Below are positions 37,810 to 46,478 of a stretch of 64,000 nt of DNA, in pieces. Numbering within the stretch: position 1 is the stretch's first letter; every line of letters starts with the position of its first letter. Under the pieces are notes generated by a model that searched no databases, had not been told where the DNA came from, and was given only the letters and a program-made list of their open reading frames with translations. The position numbers and the translations under genes are program-made. This DNA is from Dehalococcoidia bacterium. Lineage in GTDB: Bacteria > Chloroflexota > Dehalococcoidia > Lucifugimonadales > UBA3495. The stretch covers positions 3,075,361 to 3,139,360 of the forward strand of contig OY761558.1 in NCBI GenBank assembly GCA_963664725.1, written 5' to 3'.

Positions 37810-38607
37810 ATGGCCTCTGTATCCGTTGCCTGGACTGAAGAAACCCTGTCTGTGGCCGGCGTTGACCTGCACTTCAGAAAAGGTGGGTCGGGCGACCCCC
37901 TTCTAATTCTCCAGGACGAATTCGGTCATATGGGCCTGCTGCGCTACCAGGAAGAGCTGGCCCAGAGTAACACCGTCTATATTCCCTCACACCCCGGCTT
38001 TGGTCCCACACCCCGCCTGGACTGGATAATGAATGTTCGGGACCTGGCTGGCTGGTACCTGATGGCGCTGGACGAACTGGGGCTGCAGTCGGTTAACGCC
38101 ATTGGCCTGTCCATGGGCGGTTGGCTGGCTGCTGAGATGGCCACTATGGATCCCGGCCAGTTCAAGAAACTGGCGCTGGTGGGGGCCATGGGCGTGCTGC
38201 CCCCGGAAGGCTTTATTTTTGACATGTTTCTGTCGGTCCCGGCAATCTGCATTACAGCCTGCTTCCACGACCCCGAGGGGACGGCTGAGTTCCGGGAGAT
38301 TTGTCCCGAGATGGCGTCTCCCGAACAAGCCCAGGCCTGGGAAATCTCTCGTGAGGAGGCCTGTCGGCTGGGCTGGCGACCCTACATGTACTACCCGGGC
38401 CTGCCCAACCTGCTGGCTCGCCTGAAGGATTTGCCCACAATGATTGTGTGGGGCAGAGAGGACGAATTCGTTCCCATCAGCGCTGGCCAGGTTTATCACA
38501 GTTCCATCCCGGGGTCGCAGCTGGAGGTTCTGGACAACTGCGGCCACATGCCCCAAGTAGAAAAGACCGAGGAATTCCTAGGTCTGATCAGGCAGTTCTT
38601 CACCTAA
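37810..38607 (+). CDS. Alpha/beta-fold hydrolase
   Basis: Nucleophile elbow GLSMGG and a C-terminal His region (LDNCGHMPQVE). Confidence 0.85.
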   Translation: MASVSVAWTEETLSVAGVDLHFRKGGSGDPLLILQDEFGHMGLLRYQEELAQSNTVYIPSHPGFGPTPRLDWIMNVRDLAGWYLMALDELGLQSVNAIGLSMGGWLAAEMATMDPGQFKKLALVGAMGVLPPEGFIFDMFLSVPAICITACFHDPEGTAEFREICPEMASPEQAQAWEISREEACRLGWRPYMYYPGLPNLLARLKDLPTMIVWGREDEFVPISAGQVYHSSIPGSQLEVLDNCGHMPQVEKTEEFLGLIRQFFT

Positions 38608-38687
38608 CCTGCTCAGACCTCCGCCTCTCCAAAGAATGATGCGAGATGCCGACCGACCCTCCACTCAAATCCAGGAGGTACAAGGGA

Positions 38688-39968
38688 ATGTTTATCGGGT
38701 ACTTCACCGAACGGCCCTATCAGGACCAGCGCTCTGGGTACTTTGGCGCGACCGGCAAGCCCATAATGGACCTGACGGTCAGCAACGAAATTTACGACGC
38801 CAAGCTGGGCGCCGAACTGTACAACCGCTATCTCGACGAAAAGATGTACGCCGAGGAAATGGGCTTCGACGGGCTGATGCTCAACGAGCATCACGGCACG
38901 CCCTTCTGTATGGGAGGCGCCATGAACGTGGAGGCCTCCATTCTGGCCCGTATGACCAACCGTGCCAAGATAGTCCTGCTGGGAAACATCCTGCCCATCT
39001 GGGATGACCCCCTTTGGCTGGTGGAACAGCTTTCCATGATCGACATGATTTCCCGAGGGCGGTTAGTATCCGGCTGGGTTCGGGGCACAGGCAGGGAAAG
39101 CGTGGCCCACAATTCGCCGCCGCCCTACAACTGGGAGCGGTTCCAGGAGGCCCACGAGTTTGTCGTCAAGGCCTGGACCACGCCCGGTCCCTTCCGCTGG
39201 GAGGGCAAGCATTTCCAGTACCGGCATGTTAACCCGTGGGTGCGGCCTTACCAGGAACCTCATCCGCCCATCTGGCTCCCCGGGGTGGTAAGCCGGGACT
39301 CGTTGATGTGGGCCGCCGAAAAGCGCATCCCCTACATTATGCTGGCCACGGAGATGGAACCGACCAAGCGAGCTTTTCAGCTATATCACGACACGGCCGC
39401 AGAACACGGCTATGAGTCTGGCCCACAAAACATCGGCTACCTCTGGAAGGTTCACGTTGACGAGACCGAGGAACTGGCGGAGGCAACGGCCCGCAAGTAT
39501 GTGCAAGGTCCCAGCAACCCATTCCTGGCCGGTAACGAGGGGACGGTCAACCCAGCGCTGGTGAACTTGCCGGGACTGACTTCCCGCACCCGTGTCCTTC
39601 CCACCCAGTCGGTGGCCACGGCGGCTCGGGGTGGCGGCGGCGGCGTAGCCGGAGTGTTGGGCCGAGCTTATGAACAGCAGATCGAAGACTACACCATAAT
39701 CGCCGGAACTCCGGATTCGGTGATTCCCAAGATTCGCCACGTCCTTGAGTACATCCGCCCTGGAAGTATCTTCTTCTGGGACGGCGACGGTGCGATGACT
39801 CACGACGACGCCATGCGCAGCCTGCGCCTTATGGGCCAGGAAGTTATACCCGCGGTGAAGGAAATCGCCAAGGAGCTGGAGCTTCCAGGTCCGTTCGAGG
39901 TGGATCCGGCCACGGGCAAAGACTTGACCCAAGAGGCTGAGGCGGCCAGTCCCACGGCGGATGATTAG
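38688..39968 (+). CDS. LLM-class flavin-dependent oxidoreductase
   Basis: GFDGLMLNEHHGTPF...LGNILPIWDDPLWLVEQLSMIDMISRGRLVSGWVRGTG. AGGAGG RBS precedes ATG 38688. Confidence 0.85.
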   Translation: MFIGYFTERPYQDQRSGYFGATGKPIMDLTVSNEIYDAKLGAELYNRYLDEKMYAEEMGFDGLMLNEHHGTPFCMGGAMNVEASILARMTNRAKIVLLGNILPIWDDPLWLVEQLSMIDMISRGRLVSGWVRGTGRESVAHNSPPPYNWERFQEAHEFVVKAWTTPGPFRWEGKHFQYRHVNPWVRPYQEPHPPIWLPGVVSRDSLMWAAEKRIPYIMLATEMEPTKRAFQLYHDTAAEHGYESGPQNIGYLWKVHVDETEELAEATARKYVQGPSNPFLAGNEGTVNPALVNLPGLTSRTRVLPTQSVATAARGGGGGVAGVLGRAYEQQIEDYTIIAGTPDSVIPKIRHVLEYIRPGSIFFWDGDGAMTHDDAMRSLRLMGQEVIPAVKEIAKELELPGPFEVDPATGKDLTQEAEAASPTADD

Positions 39969-40001
39969 GCCGGTTTCCTGAGGGCGCCTAGATTGGAGTA
40001 G

Positions 40002-40030
40002 GGGCGGGTCTTGTACCCGCCCTTTGCAGG
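40002..40030 (+). terminator. Intrinsic terminator after the LLM gene
   Basis: GGGCGGGT-CTTGT-ACCCGCCC followed by TTTGCAGGTTT. Confidence 0.55.
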
Positions 40031-40085
40031 TTTCCATTATTTTCAATTAGTAACAGGGTTCCCGTTCACCGGATTTCTTAAGCAG

Positions 40086-41801
40086 ATGATCTCAGAACCG
40101 ACAACTGATGTGGCGGTCATCGGCGGCGGGCCCGCTGGCAGCGCCGCCGCCACAATGCTGGCGCGGCAGGGCTTGAAGGTAATGCTGCTGGAGCGGGAGC
40201 GCTTCCCCCGCGACCACGTCGGCGAATCGCTGCTACCGGCCAGCATTCCCATCCTGGAAGAATTGGGCGTTATGCCAGCGGTAGAAGCTCAGGGATTCGT
40301 CAAGAAGCTGGGCGCCACCATGGTATGGGGCCGCGACAGGGAGCCCTGGAGCTGGTTCTTCGGCGAGACCAATCGGCGGTATCCGCATTCCTACCAGGTC
40401 TGGCGGCCCACCTTCGACCACCTGCTGCTAGACAATGCCGCTGCCAACGGAGTTGACGTGCGCCAAGGCTGGCAGGCTACAGAAGTGTTGCTTGATCCCC
40501 AAGTCCGTTATTCCGGCGTAAGCAGTAATCCAGAACCCACCGACTTTCTACAGACTTCGAACGAAAGTTACTTGCACACCAGCGTCCGCTGTATGGACGA
40601 CGCAGGCCGGGAACGTCACATCCCATCTCGCTTTGTGGTGGACGCCAGTGGACAGAACGGGCTTTTGGGTCGTCAGCTTGGTCTGCGCCGGTGGGACGAA
40701 TCCTTCCGTAACCTTGCGGTCTATGCCTACTATGAAGGCGCCGAGCGATTGCCTCCCCCCGCTGACACCAACATCTTCATCGAATCTTACGCCCACGGGT
40801 GGCTGTGGACCATTCCCCTGCACACAGGTTGGGCCAGCGTGGGGGCTGTGGTAGACCAGCGTGTGGGCGAAGAAAGGGTTCAATCCATGGGCCTGGAACG
40901 CTTTCTTGACGAGCAGCTTTTTCAAGCCCCACACACGGCGGAAATGCTGCGAAACGCTAACAGGGTTTCGGGACCGTCCATCGTCAAGGACTGGTCTTAC
41001 GCCTGCGAGAAAATAGCTGGAAGTAGCTACGTATTGGCCGGGGATGCCGCCTGCTTCATTGACCCCCTATTTTCGTCGGGAGTGCACCTGGCCCTGATGT
41101 CCGGCGTGCTGGCCGCGGCGTACGTCACCACTGCCCTACGGGATCCGGCGATAGCTCCGGCCGCCGCCCAGGTCTACCAGGAACTGTATATGAAGGAATA
41201 CCACCACTTCCGGGAGATGGTGCGGCTCTTCTATTCCAGCAATCGTACGGTGGATTCCTACTTCTGGGAGGCGCGGCGCATCCTGGAAGAAGATGATGGA
41301 GAAGCGTCCGGCCTGTCTCCCCGGACGTCCTTCATACAGGCGGTGGCGGGGCAGCCACCACAGGGCTACGAGCGGATGGTGTTGGAGAGGGGCGCTGCGC
41401 CCACCCATTTCGCCGACAGTGTACGGGCAGTGGAGGATGAGCGGGTCAGGCGCCATGTACTGATCGAGGAATACCTCAAAGCCGGGAATGGGCAACCTCC
41501 TGCGATATTAGCCGCTGTGCCCAGGCTGCGGCCTGGAGTACGGGTGGTTCGGAAGCCGGTTGCCGGCGACGGCGCCTTTGAATGGGGCTATGTGCTCATC
41601 ACCGATGGCCATCCGGAGGGTCTGCCCTGTAGCGATCTGGTGGCCCGCCTGGCCACTATGCTGAATGGCAGGACAGCCGTCTCATCAATCCTCGACACTT
41701 TGGCAGCAGAAGTGGACCCATCTCTGCAGCAGCAACTCCTTGGCAGCGTGATATCCACGCTGCAGATTCTCTACGTGGACGGAACGATAGCTGAGTTGTA
41801 A
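40086..41801 (+). CDS. Flavin-dependent halogenase-family protein with a C-terminal PqqD-like extension
   Basis: FAD motif DVAVIGGGPAGSAAA. Halogenase signatures are W-x-W-x-I-P (HGWLWTIP) and F-x2-P-x2-S-x-G (FIDPLFSSG). The last ~95 aa (PRLRPGVRVV...MLNGRTAVSSILDTLAAEV...ILYVDGTIAEL) follow the PqqD/RRE pattern. Confidence 0.7.
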   Translation: MISEPTTDVAVIGGGPAGSAAATMLARQGLKVMLLERERFPRDHVGESLLPASIPILEELGVMPAVEAQGFVKKLGATMVWGRDREPWSWFFGETNRRYPHSYQVWRPTFDHLLLDNAAANGVDVRQGWQATEVLLDPQVRYSGVSSNPEPTDFLQTSNESYLHTSVRCMDDAGRERHIPSRFVVDASGQNGLLGRQLGLRRWDESFRNLAVYAYYEGAERLPPPADTNIFIESYAHGWLWTIPLHTGWASVGAVVDQRVGEERVQSMGLERFLDEQLFQAPHTAEMLRNANRVSGPSIVKDWSYACEKIAGSSYVLAGDAACFIDPLFSSGVHLALMSGVLAAAYVTTALRDPAIAPAAAQVYQELYMKEYHHFREMVRLFYSSNRTVDSYFWEARRILEEDDGEASGLSPRTSFIQAVAGQPPQGYERMVLERGAAPTHFADSVRAVEDERVRRHVLIEEYLKAGNGQPPAILAAVPRLRPGVRVVRKPVAGDGAFEWGYVLITDGHPEGLPCSDLVARLATMLNGRTAVSSILDTLAAEVDPSLQQQLLGSVISTLQILYVDGTIAEL

Positions 41802-41892
41802 AATCCACAAAGCTATACCGACTATTATCGTAGTCCCTATTGGTGAGTCCGATTGCGGATGCGTGGATAAGGGATAACTGAGAGGTGGTGAA

Positions 41893-43491
41893 ATGAACTT
41901 TGTTCTGCCTGAACGTATGAAATTCGGAATCTTCCTGGGGCCTTTCCACAGGGTTGGCGAGAATCCTACGCTGGCTATGGATCGGGACATGGAGTTGATC
42001 CAATGGCTTGACTACCTGGGATACGACGAAGCGTGGATTGGAGAGCACCACAGCGCCGGCTGGGAAACGATATCTTCGCCCGAACTGTTCATTGCCGCCG
42101 CCGCCGAGCGCACCAAGCACATAAAGCTGGGCACCGGAGTTATAAGCCTGCCTTACCACCATCCCTTTATGGTGGCCAACCGCATGGTCCAGCTGGACCA
42201 CATGACCCACGGACGGGTAATGCTGGGGGTTGGCCCGGGCGCGCTGCCGGGCGATGCCTACATGTTGGGCATTGACCCCACCACTCAGCGGGAAAAGATG
42301 GACGAGGCTATGGGCATCATCCTGCGCCTCTTCACCGAGGACGAGCCAATTACCTACAAGAGCGACTGGTTCGAGCTTCGGGAAGCCATGCTGCAACTGA
42401 AGCCTTACCAACGGCCCTACATGCCGTTGTCTGTGGCATCGGTGCAGTCCCCTGCGGGGGTTGCCATGGCCGGCAAATATGGAGCGTCGGTACTGACAAT
42501 CACCGTACCCCGCGACCCTTCTGCCGGTCCCTCCAACCTCAAGGCTCTTTGGGAGATTGCGGAGACCTCTGCCGCCGAGCATGGGCAGACGGTGGACCGG
42601 CATGAGTGGCGGCTGGCCGTCCCCTGCCACCTTGCCGAAGACCGTGAACAGGCCTTGCAGGAAGTGAAGATGGGGGCGGGCAGATACTTACGGGAATACT
42701 CGGAAGGCACCAATGGCCGGAAGGCCGCCTTCGACGGGCCCCTGGAAGATGTTGCGGAGTTCATGCGGGACAACGGTTCCTGGATTATCGGCACCCCCGA
42801 TGACTGTATCGAAAGCCTGAACCGGCTGGCAGAACAAAGCGGCGGTTACGGCGGTTTCCTGGTCCAAACTATTGACTGGGCGCCTCGCGAGAAGATGCTG
42901 CACAGCTTCGAGTTGATGGCCCGCTATGTGATGCCACACTTCCAGGGCTCGGTTCGGAGCGTCGCCGCGTCCAACCGCTGGGCCGCGGAACGGCAGGAAC
43001 TCCTGGTTGGCGGGCGGGTGCGGGCCATAGACCGGGCCCACCAGGTCTACGCAGATCGGCAAGGTTCGGGCTCTCAGCAGAATGGTTCCAGCCATAACGG
43101 ATCGGGCCAGGAGAGCGCCGCCGAGGCTAAAGAAGAAGTTCCAAGACCGCCGGTCCCTGGCAATAATGGGGTTAGCACGGACCAGGTCCGCCGAGCGGCC
43201 GGGATTACGCCTGAAGGAGAGTTCGAGCTTCCCATCCTTGAAGTATTGTTCAACCTGGGCGGCAGTGGCTCCACCGACGACGTGTTGAAAGGAGTTGATG
43301 CCCTGATTGGCGGCTATTTCAAGGAAGGGGACTTCCATTCCTCCGAAAACGGCGGTGTAACCTGGCAGCAATCTGCGAAAGCAGCCCGACAGACATTGGT
43401 GACCTTTGGACTGGTAAAGGTAAACAGTGACGGCGACGCCTGGGAGTTGACCGAAGAAGGCAAGCGGGAGGCAGCCAAGGCCAAGATCTAA
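41893..43491 (+). CDS. LLM-class flavin-dependent oxidoreductase fused to a C-terminal Mrr_N-like winged-helix domain
   Basis: LLM core (GYDEAWIGEHHSAGWE...GRVMLGVGPG), a G/S/N-rich linker, then ELPILEVLFNLGGSGSTDDVLKGV...VTWQQSAKAARQTLVTFGLVKVNSDGDAWELTEEGK. Confidence 0.8.
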   Translation: MNFVLPERMKFGIFLGPFHRVGENPTLAMDRDMELIQWLDYLGYDEAWIGEHHSAGWETISSPELFIAAAAERTKHIKLGTGVISLPYHHPFMVANRMVQLDHMTHGRVMLGVGPGALPGDAYMLGIDPTTQREKMDEAMGIILRLFTEDEPITYKSDWFELREAMLQLKPYQRPYMPLSVASVQSPAGVAMAGKYGASVLTITVPRDPSAGPSNLKALWEIAETSAAEHGQTVDRHEWRLAVPCHLAEDREQALQEVKMGAGRYLREYSEGTNGRKAAFDGPLEDVAEFMRDNGSWIIGTPDDCIESLNRLAEQSGGYGGFLVQTIDWAPREKMLHSFELMARYVMPHFQGSVRSVAASNRWAAERQELLVGGRVRAIDRAHQVYADRQGSGSQQNGSSHNGSGQESAAEAKEEVPRPPVPGNNGVSTDQVRRAAGITPEGEFELPILEVLFNLGGSGSTDDVLKGVDALIGGYFKEGDFHSSENGGVTWQQSAKAARQTLVTFGLVKVNSDGDAWELTEEGKREAAKAKI

Positions 43492-43516
43492 TCCGCCGTC
43501 ATTTACGTCCGTTTAG

Positions 43517-43583
43517 ACATGGATAGACAGGGTACAAGGTACCAATCAAGACTCTCGAATTCACTTATCCTGTCCATCCATGT
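43517..43583. terminator. Long hairpin between convergent LLM genes
   Basis: 15-nt arms ACATGGATAGACAGG / CCTGTCCATCCATGT (one mismatch) with a ~37-nt loop, followed by TTTTAGTT. Confidence 0.4.
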
Positions 43584-43597
43584 TTTAGTTCCCGTGT

Positions 43598-44554
43598 TTA
43601 CAATCCCTGTCCCACCGTGGCAATGAGGTTCAGGTTTCGTTCTATGGAGGCCTGTGCGTTGCCGCCGGCGGTCAGCGGGTGGGCCAGGACTTCGGTGGCT
43701 CCCCAGTCGAACAATTCCCGAAGGCGACCGGCCACCGTCTCCTCGTCACCCATCAGCACCACATCATCTATCATGCCATCGCTCCACGCTCCCTCCCGCG
43801 CTTCGGGGTGGCCGGACGCGGCGAACATCTCCTGGTAAAAAGGGGAGCGGGGGTAATTGGCAAGCTGGGCCCGAGCCGCTTCCCGCACTTCGTCCGGGTT
43901 GTCGTGAACGCACACCGGGGCGTGGGCCACCAGGGGAGGCGTCTCCCGACCGGCTCTCGTCGCACCCCGCTGCATCTCCGGTAGGGCCACGTCGCGCAGG
44001 TATTGGCCGGGGCACACCCAGCTTATGGCGCCGTCGGCCACCTCGCCGCACAGGCGGAAGGAGCGGCGGCGCAGGGCCGATGCCATTACCGGCACGTCTG
44101 GAGATGTCGGCCCTGGCAGGGAGGCGTGGCCGTGGTACTGGGAGCCATCATAGTCCACCTGGCCCTCCCACAGCAGGGCTTTAACCAGTTCTATGTACTC
44201 CCGCAGGTTGGTCAGCGGCGCTTCGTGCTCAATTCCGAACATGGGCTCGATGCTGACCTTGTGGCTGGGTCCCAGGCCCAGCCGGAACCGGCCCGGGGCC
44301 AACTGGGCTACAACCTGGGTCTGGGCCACGGACACGATGGGGTGGCGTGGGTATGTGGGTATGATGCTGGTGCCCAGCAGGATGCGGTCGGTGGTGGCCG
44401 CTGCTGCCGCGAAGGTTGTAAGGGCGTCTGGCCCCGCCCCGCCGGAAGTCAACCACGCCGCTTGTATGCCCCGGGCCTCCAGGTCCTGGATGCGGGCCAC
44501 CACGGTGGGAACGTCTCCCCCCATGGCCGCCACGCCTATTCGCTTTTCTGCCAT
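43598..44554 (-). CDS. LLM-class oxidoreductase, probably F420-dependent
   Basis: GIQAAWLTSGG...LLGTSIIPTYPRHPIVSVAQTQVVAQLAPGRFRLGLGPSH resembles the F420-dependent LLM subfamilies. Confidence 0.8.
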   Translation of the reverse strand: MAEKRIGVAAMGGDVPTVVARIQDLEARGIQAAWLTSGGAGPDALTTFAAAAATTDRILLGTSIIPTYPRHPIVSVAQTQVVAQLAPGRFRLGLGPSHKVSIEPMFGIEHEAPLTNLREYIELVKALLWEGQVDYDGSQYHGHASLPGPTSPDVPVMASALRRRSFRLCGEVADGAISWVCPGQYLRDVALPEMQRGATRAGRETPPLVAHAPVCVHDNPDEVREAARAQLANYPRSPFYQEMFAASGHPEAREGAWSDGMIDDVVLMGDEETVAGRLRELFDWGATEVLAHPLTAGGNAQASIERNLNLIATVGQGL

Positions 44555-44691
44555 TGTTTCACCTACTTTGCTATTCAGATTGGGGGCAGGTTAGCATTGG
44601 CGGTGGGGAATCGCAACCAGAAGTCGGGCACCGCAACCTGTTGGTTGAGAAAGTTTCTCCGCTTCGGGAAATAGCAGCCCTTGAGCGCAAT

Positions 44692-44730
44692 GGTTCCGTT
44701 CTAAATTGGGGTATGGAGATTTAGAGGGCC
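44692..44730. repeat. Left terminal inverted repeat GGTTCCGTTCTAAATTGGGGTATGGAGATTTAGAGGGCC
   Basis: Read directly from the sequence. It pairs with 49514-49552. Confidence 0.9.
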
Positions 44731-44785
44731 TATAGACGGCCCCCTGCTTTCCTTGCGGAAGGGGATATGCTAGTCTGACCCTGTC

Positions 44786-44959
44786 ATGAATTTAAGCGTT
44801 GCTGACCTGTGTGCCTGGCTCTTCCCTGTATTCTTGGGCACAACGCTGTTATCCCTTATTGGGTGGATGAAGCGTCCTTGGTGGGCATTGGCGGCGTCGA
44901 TTCTAGTAGCCGGTTTTTTTGGAGTTTTGTATATATTCCAACAGTGGCCACCAAGTTAA
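44786..44959 (+). CDS. Hypothetical 57-aa two-helix membrane peptide (passenger ORF, not in the ORF track)
   Basis: Hand translation gives MNLSVADLCAWLFPVFLGTTLLSLIGWMKRPWWALAASILVAGFFGVLYIFQQWPPS. It is preferred over the overlapping 44809..45024 track ORF. Confidence 0.3.
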   Translation: MNLSVADLCAWLFPVFLGTTLLSLIGWMKRPWWALAASILVAGFFGVLYIFQQWPPS

Positions 44960-45098
44960 CGCAAATCAGAAATCCTAGCAAAAAAAAGAATTCCCACTAC
45001 TCCATCAAGTGTCATTGTTACTGACCTCCTAAAATCTTCCCCTGTACTTGAGTCACTACCGTGCGTTGGGGCGTGTAAGAGCTTTGAGAGTTAAATTA

Positions 45099-45524
45099 AT
45101 GAAGTGGGGCCGACCTGCAATTAGAAACCTCTTGTATGTTCACTATCTTACATCTGGTTTATTGGCCCTGATGGCTTTCATTGCTGCATTCATGGAAGAA
45201 CCCACTGCGGAGGACCCTACCGCCAAAGCAGGCTTTTATGGTGGCTTAATCGTATTTTGCGTTACCAGTATAGCAATTCTGGAGGGGCTGAAGTCATCTA
45301 GCTCCATAGGTGAGAAGTGTAGGGTCATTGGTGTAAGAATTGGACTCCTAGCGGGTGCGTACTTATTGATCGCCGCCGCTGCTGGCGTTGCTCCATCTGA
45401 CTTGAACTTTCTTGCAGGTTTCACAGTAGTCTGGCTTTTGTCTGCCGTAGTTGTGCTTATACTTTTTGCATTTGTGCTCTGGAGTCACTGGAAAGCCCCA
45501 AAATCTGATGCTGACGGAAACTAA
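45099..45524 (+). CDS. Hypothetical multi-pass membrane protein (passenger)
   Basis: About four hydrophobic helices. AT-rich. The start at ATG 45099 (MKWGRP...) is more plausible than TTG 45048. Confidence 0.45.
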   Translation: MKWGRPAIRNLLYVHYLTSGLLALMAFIAAFMEEPTAEDPTAKAGFYGGLIVFCVTSIAILEGLKSSSSIGEKCRVIGVRIGLLAGAYLLIAAAAGVAPSDLNFLAGFTVVWLLSAVVVLILFAFVLWSHWKAPKSDADGN

Positions 45525-45536
45525 ACAGGATTTACG

Positions 45537-46034
45537 ATGGTTCGCCTATTCGTCTTGTTAGCGATTACGACAGTTGCCTTGTTGAGTTGTAGTTCAGCGG
45601 CTTCAGGGACAAGTCCTACTTCCATGGAGACCTGCAAGGACTGTGTTACGGCAGAGACTAATGAGCTTCGTATCGAGAACTGTGATGATTGCATTACCGC
45701 AGGGGAAATAATGAGGGCGTATGAGACTCCCGCCGTGAGAGAAAAACATCCCTACGATGGTAATCGATACAAAGTGGTCGGAACTATTACAGGCATTCAA
45801 AGGGGTATGGGGGTTTGCCCGTGTCCCGACACTTTTTGGATTAAGTCGGGCGGCGAGAAGGCAACCATCATTTTCCCTGACACCAATTTTGATAACGATG
45901 AGATTCTGGCTCCTTATGGGCGGGGTGACACAATTATCGCAAATTGTTTGGTGGAAGGTATCTTCGGATATACCGCGCTAGGCATCGGCATAAAAGATGG
46001 TAGACCTGCTTTCGCGGATTGCAAGATACCCTGA
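45537..46034 (+). CDS. Putative lipoprotein with an OB-fold (tRNA_anti-like) C-terminal part (passenger)
   Basis: Signal peptide plus lipobox (ALLSCSS). The C-terminal pattern YDGNRYKVVGTITGIQ...ATIIFPD...GDTIIANCLVEG...DCKI resembles OB-fold lipoproteins. Confidence 0.5.
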   Translation: MVRLFVLLAITTVALLSCSSAASGTSPTSMETCKDCVTAETNELRIENCDDCITAGEIMRAYETPAVREKHPYDGNRYKVVGTITGIQRGMGVCPCPDTFWIKSGGEKATIIFPDTNFDNDEILAPYGRGDTIIANCLVEGIFGYTALGIGIKDGRPAFADCKIP

Positions 46035-46164
46035 TAGTAAATCGAACTCTACTGTAGTCACCTAATCAACGGAAGATCCGACCACGAAGTCTGTCACCCC
46101 ATTTCCGCTCTCGTCATCCCCGCCCAGCTTGCCTTCCCGGAAGGGCCGGGATAGAATGAATCTG

Positions 46165-46458
46165 TTATGGTTCCAGCACCTCCCATAGAACTGTTTTATG
46201 CCGTCGCACTTCTGCAATCTCTTGCGATGATTGCCATAGTAATAACAGTAGAAAGAGAACGCCGACGAATACGGCGATACCTCCGACAATGGCACAGTTG
46301 CAGCCAATGCGATTTGCCTTATCTTCTTTGCCCTGTTCCTCCCCATCCCTACGGGGCATATACACCCACACAAGCCCCCCAGCAACCGCCATCACCATCC
46401 CAATCACAATCAACCATTGGGCAATAGCCCCAAGGGACTCCCAAAAGGATTCGACCAT
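46165..46458 (-). CDS. Hypothetical two-helix membrane protein downstream of the transposase (passenger)
   Basis: MVESFWESLGAIAQWLIVIGMVMAVAGGLVWVY...IVGGIAVFVGVLFLLLLLW. It starts 21 nt after the transposase stop. The longer track ORF would overlap the transposase gene. Confidence 0.4.
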   Translation of the reverse strand: MVESFWESLGAIAQWLIVIGMVMAVAGGLVWVYMPRRDGEEQGKEDKANRIGCNCAIVGGIAVFVGVLFLLLLLWQSSQEIAEVRRHKTVLWEVLEP

Positions 46459-46478
46459 AGTATGGGTTGGCCTCTGAC

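Noticed and set aside
37608-37906. Small ORFs (37608..37838 and 37637..37906) considered as possible RiPP precursor peptides for the halogenase-PqqD protein.
   Set aside because: They overlap the start of the hydrolase gene, have no RBS and are compositionally biased (Ser/Thr/Pro/Leu/Arg/Cys-rich). They show no leader/core organisation.
44809-45024. 71-aa track ORF in the left arm of the transposon.
   Set aside because: Its translation is not protein-like. An overlapping 57-aa frame (44786..44959) encodes a cleaner two-helix membrane peptide, although that call is also weak.
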